A stretch of DNA of 64,000 nt, taken from Chrysomallon squamiferum (Eukaryota; Animalia; Mollusca). Position 1 is the first letter of the stretch, and every line of letters begins with the position of its first letter. A program made the position numbers and the translations under genes. The DNA lies in contig CM022675.1 of assembly GCA_012295275.1 (NCBI GenBank), positions 10,850,001 through 10,914,000 on the forward strand, in the 5' to 3' direction. Of this stretch, positions 15,646 through 28,486 are shown piece by piece. Below the pieces are notes generated by a model. It made no database searches, was not told where the DNA came from, and saw nothing but the letters and a program-made list of their open reading frames with translations.

Positions 15646-16649
15646 GTAATAATGCAAACAATAAATTACAGCAGAATGCAGTGCTGAACAAAGAAATGAA
15701 CTTTGGAAATGTCATCAAAGAAAAAAATTAAATAATTGTTTGTTTTAACACCTGAGCGTATTTCAGTATTAAGTTACAACGCGTCAGACATAAATTATGT
15801 TCTTTTAATTATTTATTTTTCTTTTCATTATTTATTTATTTATTTATTTAACGATCTATTTATTTATTTATTTATTCATATTGTTATTATTCACATTATT
15901 ATTCAATTATTCACATTATTATAAAAGTGAAAGAAAACAAAAATGGAATGAATGAAAGAAAGAAAGGACAAATAGTATGAGAAAAACAATTCGAATACGA
16001 AATTGTGTTTTCCACATCGGCAATAAATATAATTTTCAACAATTTTCACATTAATAGTAGTAATAAAAAATATTTGTACAAGGAAATAACTATAAAGGAC
16101 TTGATAATATTAAATTGTTATAATTATGAAATAATAAGGTTATAAAATTAAATGAAATAAGAAACAAACCGAAATTATAGCAAAATTAAATTAAGAAACA
16201 AAAGAATATTCAGCTGTTGATTATCTTCATGAACAATGTTAAATGCGGCCGTAGTGAAAATCTATTGCAAATGAGATATAAATAAACATGGAAATTATTA
16301 CTTAAATACAACAAAAATAAATAAATAAATAAATAAATAAATAGATAAATAAATAAGCAAAATAATTTAGAAATAACTAAATAAATAAAAACAAATATAA
16401 ATAAATAAGTAAATAAACCAATAAATAAATAAATAAATAAGCTAAATAATTTACAAATAACTAACTAAAAAAAAAATATAACTAATAACTATATAAATAA
16501 AAATACAGAAAAAATAACTAAACAAATAAACCAGAGAAATTAGTAATTAAACACCTAAATAAATAAACAAACAAACAAACAAACAAATAAATAAATCAAC
16601 CAAGAAAGAAAGAAAGAAAGACTGAAAAGAGAGAAGAATGTAAGAAAGA

Positions 16650-16939
16650 AAAACACGACGGGGAAAACTGCAGCTGGATTTCTTGAGCCACTTCGGGGTC
16701 ATTCTAAATCGGCGACAAGTCGTAAAACTAACCTACGACTGCAAAATCTTGTCGTTTTCTCGTCCCATGCTTTACAGAGCGCTTAGAACGAGAGCTAATA
16801 GTCGTAAATCTGCGGGGACTTTATGGTAAACTAGGCAGAAACGAGGTACAATGGAAAAACATCAAAAGCTTGTTTGAACGAAACACAATTGAGGGGGGCC
16901 TTAAGTATCGACAAAATCCGGTGTGGCAATTTAGAGAAG

Positions 16940-16988
<49 letters not shown>

Positions 16989-17120
16989 CCCGTAATAATA
17001 TTTCCTACGATTTCCTAATGTGAGTCTTGTTTCCGAGATTGGCAATACAATTTAGTGTGAAATTATTTAATTCATGGGAATAAAATGTTTGGTGACAAGC
17101 GAGGTCTGCAGTTCACCGGT
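16650..17120. promoter_or_regulatory. Intronic island with clustered posterior-Hox/Cdx-type sites
   Basis: GTCGTAAAA 16719-16727, GTCGTAAATCT 16801-16811 and TTTATGG 16820-16826 within ~110 bp. Confidence 0.45.
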
Positions 17121-17162
17121 TTGTACAAATATTCTGTCAGTAGAATCGTGTATTTAATACAG

Positions 17163-17880
<718 letters not shown>

Positions 17881-18673
17881 ATACATAATAAGTAAGTATT
17901 TGAATAAATGCTGAAGCATATCTTTCATATTATGATTTTCTTCTAATTATGATTTTTGAAATGATATGTATATATTTTTTTAACAAAATTAAACGCATTT
18001 CAAAGAAAATGAAGTAGCTACAAAAATAAAGAAATAAAAAAAAAAATTAATAATAAAAAATTAATAAACTGAAAATAAAAATAAAATAAAATAAAATAAA
18101 ATAAAATATTAATGAAAAACAAATTAAATAAAAAAAAAAAAAAAAAAAAAAAAAAAACATAAAATAAAAATAAACTATTAATGAAAAATAATAATAATGA
18201 AAGAAAAATGTCAAATAAAATCAAATCAAATAAAACATAAATGAAATTAAAAACCAACAAAATCCAGAACTCAAAATGAAGATAAAAAATATAAATAAAA
18301 TAAGCAAAAATAAACTATAAAAAAAACATTAAAAAAAAAACCGTTAACAAGAAAGAATGAAAAAAAGAAAAGAAAAAAGAAACACACACACACACACACA
18401 CACATACACACAAAAAAAAAACTAGATAACAAAAACGTTCGGTCTAAGTTAACAGTGTAGTTTACGACAATGTTTACTTTGCGTTTTTTTTTTTTCTTTT
18501 CTTTCTTGAAAGGGCGGAACGGGTAACGCGTTTCCAGTGTAATATTTCACCAGCGGTGTGGTAAAATTAATCAAACAATGTAAACAATTAGAGAAATTTT
18601 CTGTCATTTTTATAAAAAAACATAGCTCATTCCTCTTAGTCATCCAAAACCTTCTCCCAAAAATAAAACAAAA

Positions 18674-19002
18674 ACTTAGATTAAAACTTGAATACTCGGT
18701 ATAAATATGGATGTGACAGCTTCTAGTATTATTTCTGCTACTACTACTACTACTACTACTGTTACCACTATGACTACTACTACAACTACTACTCTATTAA
18801 ATAAAATAATAACAATAACATATACACTTAATACATATATACATACATACATATATATACTTAGATTAAAACTCGAATACTCGGTATAAACGTAATAGAT
18901 GTGACAGCTTCTAGTATTACTTCTACTACTACTACTATTGCTACTATTCTGCTACTGTTACCACTCTGTTAAATAAAATAATAACAATAACATATACACT
19001 TA
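18674..19002. repeat. Tandem duplication, 185-bp period, two diverged copies
   Basis: ACTTAGATTAAAACTYGAATACTCGGTATAAA...GATGTGACAGCTTCTAGTATTA...AAATAAAATAATAACAATAACATATACACTTA starts at 18674 and again at 18859. Confidence 0.9.
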
Positions 19003-19311
19003 CATACATACACACATCTATGTTAATCACTAATTCAAATTTAATGAACAAAATTGTTGCGTTATTCCAGACATATATTCTTCTTCTTCTTTTTTTTTTT
19101 TTTTCCCATTATGTTTTATATAATAGTGGAGATTGCTTATAACAAAATTCATTAAATAATGTTCTACATTTATTTATTTTTTCATGTTTTAGGGGGCTTG
19201 GCATTTTTAAATTTAAAATACATTTATATTTGTTATAAAACAAAATAAATAATATTAAATATTATTATTGTTATATTATTAGTATTAACATTATTATTAA
19301 CATCATCATCA

Positions 19312-19345
<34 letters not shown>

Positions 19346-19651
19346 CATCATCGTCGTCTTCATCATCATCATTACTGCTTCTATTAATGCTACTATTATT
19401 ACTAGTACCAGCACTACTATTAATATTATTATATATGTGTTTTGTAAGTATAATGGTGTTTTTTTTTCTCTCACTTCATTGTCATTACTGTTAGCCGTCG
19501 AACATATGGGATTGTTATAAACATTACAATGTGCAATAATTCTGTTTAAAATTAAAATACTATTATCATACTTATATTGTAGTATATTTTAATATTTATT
19601 AAGCTACGCAGTTATAAATCTTTGTCAGATAAAGAAGAATTGTTATTACAT

Positions 19652-19695
<44 letters not shown>

Positions 19696-20294
19696 TGTCG
19701 TTGTTTTGTTTTATTTTATTTTACTTATTCATTCATTCATTTATTTATTTATTTTTTTTTTTTTTTTTTTTTTTACTGGGTGAGAAAAGTACTTTTCTTC
19801 CATTGTATTGTTATATTTACAATTAAACAGAATTATATTATTTATAATAATGCAAGATTTTTTAGGTGCATTTGTCGATCTTCTTGTTATTCTAGTAAAA
19901 CATTTGTTTTCCTTTAGCTTATTTATGTATTTCGCTACACTGTTTACATTCAATTATATGCAACACAAGTTTTGTTCGTAATGTTATTATTTTATTTATT
20001 TAGTGATATTTTTCTTGTATTATGCACGTTTTCACTGCATATGATTTTATAAAACTTTCTCTCGATATTTTCTCAGATTATCAGATTTTATCATTTCTTA
20101 ATATTATTATTATGCTTCTCTACAATGCAGTTTTACTCACATATCGTCCTAAAATCATAATTTTCTAAATTCGATATTAACTACCGCTTTGAGTATTGTT
20201 GCTATTCATAATATTATCGGATGGTTTGTTTTGTCATTGCTAAATGTAAAATGTTTGATTATAGTGCAGTTTGTACTTGAATTATATTAAGGTG

Positions 20295-20360
<66 letters not shown>

Positions 20361-20418
20361 AATTACCAGACAGTTCCATTAATATATTCACTGTATTTTT
20401 ATACACTACTATTCTGCG

Positions 20419-20453
<35 letters not shown>

Positions 20454-21133
20454 CTGATCTCTTGTTTTATTAATATTGCTAATGTGTTTTGTATCTTAAT
20501 TTTTTCTTATATTATATTATTTCCTTATGTATTTCCTACTTTATATGTTTCATCATCATTAATATTATTTACAATATTACTTGATGCATTAATTTGTCAG
20601 TACTGGTTCTGTGTAAAAATAATATCATTTCATTTTTTTTTTTTTATTGTCCAATGTTTTGTAATAATTTATTATTTATTTATTTATGATCAGTCAACAC
20701 GGCATAATACTGAAAATAATACAAAAATGATTGTGGTAATAAATATGAGGTGTATATTTATTTTGTTTTACATTTTATTCATGAATATATACGCTCTGAC
20801 AATACTTATATGTACGTCGTGTTAAATATGTTACTGCAATATATATTGATACATGCCCCGTTGTTACTTTACTGTTTCTTTACTTTTCTTTATTATATAT
20901 AATTTTCCTCTTATTTCGTTATATTCCTACAACTCTGTTTTCTTCTGAATATACACGTTATATAAATGCGCACAAAATATTTTTCCTAAAATTAGAATTA
21001 TTTGTTATGCTGCTATGTCATACAGAATAATACTATATATATATATATATACAGACACACATACACATATAAATTACATAAATGCAGACGAAATATTTTT
21101 TTTTATAAAATAACATTTGTGTGTGTGTGTGTG

Positions 21134-21166
<33 letters not shown>

Positions 21167-21559
21167 AATACTATTCTGAATAACATAGCAACGTAACAAA
21201 CAATTGTAATTTTATAAAAAAAAAAATATTTCGTGTACATTTATGAAATATATCTCTTTTTTAAATCTAGTTTCTTTCGAAGTTTTACCACACTACCTTT
21301 TGTCTCTGCAGCCTACACATTAAATAAAAGCTGTGCTGTCATTTCATGCTACAGTATTTTTAGCTGGTATGTTACCTTCCTTTTGTGTTGTACAGTTTCG
21401 TATATACACCGTATCTGCTATTTGTATTATAGACTTTTACAGAAACCCAATATGCGGTTGTGGTGTGGTGTTTTTACAGCGTGGAGTTGTTAGTGTATGT
21501 TTGTATAGTATCGCTATTCACTGCTGTTTCATTAGTAATCTTCCATACACTTTTGTCCT

Positions 21560-22900
21560 AACAAACTTGTGTATATTATTTATGTTCTGCTGCGTATTTT
21601 ATCTTGTAATACGAAAGTGTTTGCAGATCAGCCAAACGTATATATATATATCTTGTTTATTCTCTTAGGACTAGTGTTTTATTATTATTAACTATATAGT
21701 ACTATGTATTGCTTGTTTATTTTTTATTATACCCTGCTGTACCATGTAAGCCGGGTTTATGTCATTTATAATCTGTTTATGTTTTGTTTATGGTATTTAT
21801 GTTCTGTTAAGTGTTGTCTGCGTTGTATTATATCTACAGCATCACATACAGTTAATTTGTATTATACATGATACCAGTGATATCTGTATTTTATTGTTAA
21901 CTTAATGTTTCTTATTTATTAGTACTGAAATAGGCTTGTATCAAGTAAGCTTGGTTTATAGTATTTATGATCTATTGTGTACTATGCTGTAGTGTATTTA
22001 CAGTATCATATACAGTTGATTTACATTGTTTGTAATAAGACATACATCTGTATTTCTTTACTGACTATAGTTACTGTATATTATTTATTTATAAGTACTG
22101 TGTTATACTCTTTTGGTTTATAGTATTTATCATCTGTTGAGTACTGTCTGTATTGTAGTATATTTACAGTATCATATACCGTTGATTTACATTGCTAACA
22201 GCATCACATATATCTGTATAATTTTACTAACTACATACCGTTTTTTCATTAGTACTTAATTTTATTCTGTTCTATCAAGTATGTTTGGTTTTATGGTATT
22301 TATATTATGTTGAATGATAAGCTGTATAATATTTATAGCACCATACATCTTATTTTATACTGTCTGTATCACCATTAATATCTGTATTTTATTACTAACT
22401 ATTGCACTGTACATTGCTTGTTTATTGTTATTGCATTATGCTGTACTGTAGCAAGCGAAGTTGGTTCACGGTGTTTGTATGTTGTTGAATTATGTCTGTC
22501 TAGTGTTATGTTTACAGAATCGTGAATAGTTTATTTATATTGATAAAACATTTACAGCTAATATCTCTATTTTATTATCAACTATAAAGTGTTTATTTAT
22601 TGGTGCTGTGATAAATTTTACTGATAAAAATAAAATACTGGTTTATCATATTTATCTTCTGTTGAGTGACATGCATACTGTGTTATATTTACAATATTTC
22701 ATTTGGAATATTTACATTACTTCTTCTGTTACTGTTTTATTAGTAACTATTGTACTATGCAACGGTTAGTCTTTAGCATTGTACTAAATTTAGTGTACAG
22801 CATTCTCTGCTATGATAATGCAGTAATATACAATTTTAGTTTAGGTTATTTTTTGTTGTGTTAAACTGTATCTGAATTTTATTATCAACTGTTGTATTTT
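21560..22900. repeat. Degenerate tandem array, ~162-177 bp unit, ~7 copies
   Basis: Anchor TTGGTTTATRGTATTTAT (with variants) at 21784, 21951, 22113, 22285, 22461, 22638; second anchor ATCTGTATTTT-like at 21882, 22046, 22212, 22380, 22563. Confidence 0.8.
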
Positions 22901-23029
22901 GCAAAGCTGATTTATTTTTTCTTATATTTTACTTCACAATCTTGATTTATCTGAGTTTTGTTGTGTTGAGTCTATGTTAGTTTTATTATAATATGTATTA
23001 TTGTAATAAATTATATTTTAACAAAAGGC

Positions 23030-23740
23030 ATTAAATTCAATTGTACACATAAACACTATTGCATTAAAGTATGTGATGAAAATGTACGTTATCTGTTATA
23101 CGATTAAACACATATATGTTATTGTACAAAATTTTGTTATATAAATCTCTTCTTGTATTAAATTCCATTTTACAAATTGACGATACTGAAATTTTATTAT
23201 ACAAATATGTTACTTACGAACTTCTATTATATAAATAGACATTATATTAAATTCTGTTTTACAAATACACATTAATTGTATTAAAATCTGTTTTAAAATT
23301 TCACAAATGCATGTAAATGCTATCGCACTACATTATATTTTACAAATGCACGTCATTGTATTAAATTCTATTTCACGAATACACATTATAGTTTTTAAAT
23401 TCTACTGTACAAATTAATGTTACTGTACTAAATTCTATTATACATTAATTAATGCTATTGCATTCATTTTCGTTTCACATATACGATAACATACATACTG
23501 AAATCTATTTTACTAATACCACCATATTAAATTCTGTTTAACAAGTCCACATTATAGTACTAAATTCCATTTTACAAAAACACATTATAAAGCTAAATTC
23601 TATTTTAGCCAAAACACATTATAATGCTAAATTCTATTTTACGAATACACATTACGGTATTGAATTCGATTTTACAAATGCACTTTATAGTACTGAATTA
23701 TATTTTACAAATAAACGTTAACGCACTAAATTCTGCTTCA
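23030..23740. repeat. Degenerate 33-bp minisatellite (consensus ~TAAATTCTATTTTACAAATACACATTATAGTAC), ~20 copies
   Basis: Recurrent AAATTCTATTTTAC cores; ORF 23624..23911 shows the matching 11-aa period (LNSIL...LNSIL...LNYIL...LNS). Confidence 0.85.
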
Positions 23741-24459
23741 CTGAACATTGTTGATTTATGCTGTGCTCTTTCGACAAGTGTTTGTTTATTATGGTATTAT
23801 AAGCCACCTATACCATACAGTATCAATTTACCAGTTTTTCAATGTACAGTGTTCATTCACATTGCTACCACAGTCTTGTTACCTGCTCGTATACTACATC
23901 CATTTTTATAAAATATAAAATATAAAAAAAAAATAAAGTGATTATATCATGTCATCGATTTAACTTATTTATTTGGTAGTATAATAACATTTATTTGTAT
24001 TTCGATTTTATACTATTTCAGAATATTTCTGTATAACGACTTTCGTTGTTTATTTTTATCTGTATTCAATATTATAACATTTACAGCCGCTTTTGTTTTA
24101 GATTAATGAATCTAAAATAGAACTCATCATTTAACATCATCATCAGGATGATATATGATTATTAACATCACCCTGATCTACTTTCTCTGTATTATTATTA
24201 TTATTATTATTATTATTTCTGTTGATATAATTGTCAACCCTTGCTTTGTTAAATTATATTTACTCGAAGTAAAATGATATATGCAATGCTAACAGTTATA
24301 TGAATTTTAAATTAAATAATAAAAAACAGAAGTAAATAAATATTTATCTTGTAAATATTGAATAGTTGACTTAAACACCCCCAACAAAGTTGCAGACAGA
24401 TACATAAATATATCAGTACATCAGTTCACCTATTCCTTCATCCGTGCAAATGATAAACC

Positions 24460-24853
24460 CTACATACATGTATTAATACATATCTACATACAGACATACA
24501 CAGACACACATACACATAATACATACATACCTGTATATGTGCATACATACATACAAACATACCTACATACACACACACAAACACATACATAGATACATAC
24601 ATACATATATATATATATATGCATACATACATCCATACATACATACATACATACATACTAACATACATACATACATACATACAAAAACACATACATACTT
24701 ACAGCTATAAATCTAATGCTAAAACTAATTTAAAGTTCAAAAATCAAATGCAGATAAAATGAAATGTATAAATGTGTCTATTTGGGGTGTATCTATGTAT
24801 GTATATATGTATGTATATGTGTATGTATGTATGTGTGTGTATGTTTGTAAGTA

Positions 24854-24884
<31 letters not shown>

Positions 24885-25060
24885 GTATGTATAGATGTGT
24901 GTATGTTTATGTGTATGTATGTGTGCATATATATATATATATATAATACACACACATACATATATACACACACACATATACATATATAATATTTGTATGC
25001 ATATATGTGTGTATGTATGTGTTTATATATATACATATATATATATATGCGTGTATATAT
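24460..25060. repeat. Imperfect (CATA)n / (TATG)n / (TA)n compound microsatellite
   Basis: Read directly; a similar block lies at 33190-33420. Confidence 0.9.
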
Positions 25061-25563
25061 GGCTGTTTATTTATATACAATGGTAACTGCCTAGCAGTGT
25101 GTGTAAGTGTGTTCACATACAATGTACGTGCAAACCTCACACACGCATTTACTTATATAAACAACTCAAAGTTTGTCCATGTTATGTTAACCTCACCACA
25201 GATATTAAAATATATAAACTGTCATACGAATAATTCCGTGATGGAAAAAATACACATCGATTGAAAAAAAGAAAGAAAATAATAATAATAACTTCACGAA
25301 TGTAGTTTAATTTATTTCAACGTGTAGTCCTACTTCTGTCGTATGCGTCTCATGTTGCAAACAGGTTTGAGTGCGTGTTTGGCAAAGGCGTGTTTTATTG
25401 CAGTGAAACACGTTCATTTCGTGCGAAATCAACGACAAAAAATGTATAAATAAGATAATAATAAAAATTAATAACAGCAGTAAATTTGAGGAAATAATAA
25501 TGATGATGATAATAATAATAATAATGATAATAATAATAATAATAATAATAATATTGTCTGATG

Positions 25564-25648
<85 letters not shown>

Positions 25649-25823
25649 GGATAGAGAGAGTAAAATAAATTAAGTAATAACAGAATGAAATAGTAAGAAA
25701 AAAAATGAGATGTTAAACGTAGGAAAATGAGGAAAGTCCTATATAACAACAACAAAAAAAAAAAATAAAAAAAATAAAATAAAATAAATTTAAAAACAAT
25801 AATAATAAAAAAAATAAAAAAAA

Positions 25824-25870
<47 letters not shown>

Positions 25871-26053
25871 AAATTAATGAATAAATAAATAAATTAGTTA
25901 ATAAATACTAAAGATCAATCATAATAATAACAACAATAAGAACAACAACAACAACAACATCTGTAGATGCGACTGCAAGTAACATGAACGACTGCTGAAA
26001 ACGTAAACAGAACCACTAACAACAAACGTGACAAGAAAAAACAAAACAAAAAC

Positions 26054-26063
26054 ACCAACCTGC
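26054..26063 (-). other. 5' splice donor of the hexapeptide-homeobox intron
   Basis: Minus strand GCAG|GTTGGT a few codons after YPWM, the canonical Hox intron position; composition switches abruptly to AT-rich/repeat sequence after it. Confidence 0.85.
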
Positions 26064-26708
26064 ACTGTACTGCATCCTCCTCATCCACGGGTAGATATGA
26101 GGGGTGGAATAATTCGAATCTTCACGGCTGGAAGGGCTGGGCGGATGACTCTGCTGTCTCGTGGGGTGGGGCGTCGACCTCGGGGGAGAGGGGTGCGGTT
26201 TTGTCTGGGGCGGGCTGTTGGAGTGGGCGGAGGGCGGTCTCGCCTCCTCCAGACTGCTCGCTATCTGTCCGTTAGGAAAGTATCCCCCACCCCCACCCAC
26301 GCCGCCGGGCGTGGCGTTGCTCCTCATCTCGCAGCCCCGCTCCCTCGAGCTCAGCGCCACGGCGTTCTGAGACGAGGGGCCGTGGCCCCCCGCGTGCGAA
26401 CCCCCTCCCATGCTGTTGTTGTTGTTGTTGTTGTTGGGAGGGGACGAGCACGGGCTGGAAGGCGGAAGGTGTGTGAGGCGTGGCGCCGAGGCGTAGAAGT
26501 CCGTGCCCTGGTGGTCGACGATCCGGTCTACCCGGGCCGCCGCGCCGTACGGGTACCTCCCAGCCGCGAAGCCCGGGTAGACCCCGGCGGACGTGGCCGA
26601 CGTCGTCGTGTGGTAGTTCCCATTCCGCTCAAAATGGCTCTCCGAGCAGTTGTCTAGCGCTGTTTGGCCATAGCACGTGGAGATGGAATTGACGAAGTAA
26701 GAGCTCAT
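26060..26708 (-). CDS. Scr: First coding exon (N-terminal arm + YPWM hexapeptide) of a central-class Hox transcription factor, most likely Hox5/Sex combs reduced; homeobox exon not in window
   Basis: The ORF starts with the Hox SSYF motif (MSSYFVNS) and contains HIYPWMRRM hexapeptide near its end, with a Gly/Pro/Ser/His-rich middle. It is the only long GC-rich stretch in the window. A phase-1 donor GCAG|GTTGGT follows codon 216 (exon ends 26060); the ORF-track tail (WCFCFVF...) is intronic read-through. Hox identity is secure; paralogue 5 is inferred from the YPWMRR context because the homeodomain is absent. Confidence 0.88.
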
Positions 26709-26868
26709 CTGTGCCTGGTGGTGATTTGATCACGAGAATCGGGTCCCCTCCTCGAACTGCACGCGGAAGGGGGGGAGAACAGCGAATTCGGGCTGATTGT
26801 GATGATGGTTGGTTGGTTGGTTGGCTGGCGAGACTGTTGATTCCCCGACCTCGTAACGTGCCGCTTCA
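26709..26868 (-). other. 5' UTR part of the first coding exon
   Basis: 160 nt of GC-rich, ATG-free sequence between the acceptor AG (26870-26869) and the start codon. Confidence 0.7.
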
Positions 26869-26915
26869 CTGGAAAAAAAAAAAAAGAAGAGAAAATCACG
26901 TGACAGAGATCAGCC
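26869..26915 (-). other. 3' splice acceptor upstream of the Hox start codon
   Basis: Minus strand GGCTGATC (branch-like, A at 26910) ... TTTTCTCTTC-(T)n-CCAG|TGAAG: a long pure pyrimidine tract with no other AG for >50 nt. Confidence 0.75.
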
Positions 26916-26921
26916 AACCAG
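26896..26921. promoter_or_regulatory. E-box (GTCACGTGA) plus CCAAT-like box (AGCCAACCAG) composite; candidate proximal Hox promoter module (USF/NF-Y type)
   Basis: TCACGTGAC at 26896-26904 and CCAAC at 26914-26918, ~10 bp apart and ~190 bp upstream of the ATG. The geometry matches NF-Y/USF composite elements of vertebrate Hox promoters; the CCAAT core has one mismatch. Confidence 0.55.
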
Positions 26922-27037
26922 AAAACTATGTAATGCGAACGAGGTGAAAATGTCAACAAACAAGCGCGATCGAATATACTCGTGTTTCAGTCAGCAATAG
27001 ATGTGTTTGGTTCTAAATACCTCTCTGTCTCTCTCTG

Positions 27038-27113
<76 letters not shown>

Positions 27114-27200
27114 TCTCTCTCATAATAATAATAACAATAATAATTACAATAACAATTAACACTAACAATAATAATAATAACAATAATAATAATAATAACA

Positions 27201-27251
<51 letters not shown>

Positions 27252-27512
27252 CCCCAAAACAAATACAAAATGCAGTTTAATTATGTATGTATCTATGTAA
27301 AATTAAAAATATTAATGATGTAAAAGTAAAAAAATAATAATAAAAAAGGGCGTCGTTCATTATAAATGTAAATAGGATAAAAACAAATGTATATTTAAAA
27401 ATTAAATAGTTAATTATGTACTGATCGATAACGTAACTGTAATACAATTAACTAACTTAAATAAATAAATTACAACGGCAATACACCACTGCTATTAATA
27501 CTACTACTACTA

Positions 27513-27548
<36 letters not shown>

Positions 27549-27946
27549 AACTACTACTACCACTATTACTAATACTGCAAGGCCTATACTGCTACCTTTA
27601 CTACACTGCCACTATTATTACCACTACTATTATTATTACTACTATTACTACAACAACAACTACTACTACTACTATTACTGCTACAACTACTGCAACTACA
27701 ACTACACTACTACTACTACCTCTGGATCTACTACTAACAATACTAACCCTCTTATTCTATTATTAAAACCACTATTAATGTTATAATTTTGCAACTGGTA
27801 TAACAACTATTGTTATATCACTTAGTATTGTTGCAGGTGTTGCTGTTGCTAATTTTTCCACTAGTAATAATAATATTACTGATAATGATTTATATACATT
27901 TACTGATTGCTAGTGATGCTGTTGCCGCTGCTGTAGCTGTTATTAT

Positions 27947-27990
<44 letters not shown>

Positions 27991-28411
27991 GTAATCCTAC
28001 TACAATTACTATTTTTTTTTAATTATTACAATTACTATAAATACCATAATTATTATTGTTGTTGTTATTTATATATTTATTTATTTATAATCCTAAAGTT
28101 GATAATTACTGAGATTTAGTTGATAAAAACTGTATCAAGTTAGAATAGGAATAAAGAAAGGAACTATTAGAATGTTTAGAAACATAGACACACATCATCA
28201 TCATCGATAATAATATCATTACTGCTAATAGTAATAAATAACATTAGTGTAATATATAATAAATTTACATTTTAATATATGTACATTATATAGTGAAAAC
28301 TTTGTTTAAAATTGTATTTGATATAATTTAGAATTGATAAATATTTGATATTTCACTATCATTATTACTGATAATGTTTTACTATTTTACTCATACTCTT
28401 TCTCTGAGACA

Positions 28412-28451
<40 letters not shown>

Positions 28452-28455
28452 GTAA

Positions 28456-28486
<31 letters not shown>

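Noticed and set aside
23030-23740. 33-39 bp repeats as a CRISPR-like array
   Set aside because: Eukaryotic locus; the units are contiguous and degenerate with no unique spacers and no cas genes.
23624-23911. 95-aa ORF with 11-aa leucine periodicity (LRR-like look)
   Set aside because: Translation of the 33-bp non-coding minisatellite; neighbouring units have indels that break the frame.
26016-26059. C-terminal tail WCFCFVFSCHVCC of the ORF-track protein
   Set aside because: Intronic read-through past the GT donor.
26028-26657. 209-aa plus-strand ORF and smaller ORFs antisense to the Hox exon
   Set aside because: Shadow of a GC-rich coding exon: Arg/Gly/Val-rich, non-ATG start, no recognisable domain.
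26705-26959. 84-aa minus-strand ORF whose stop overlaps the Hox ATG (possible uORF)
   Set aside because: Starts at TTG upstream of the splice acceptor and has no ATG; not supportable as a translated uORF.
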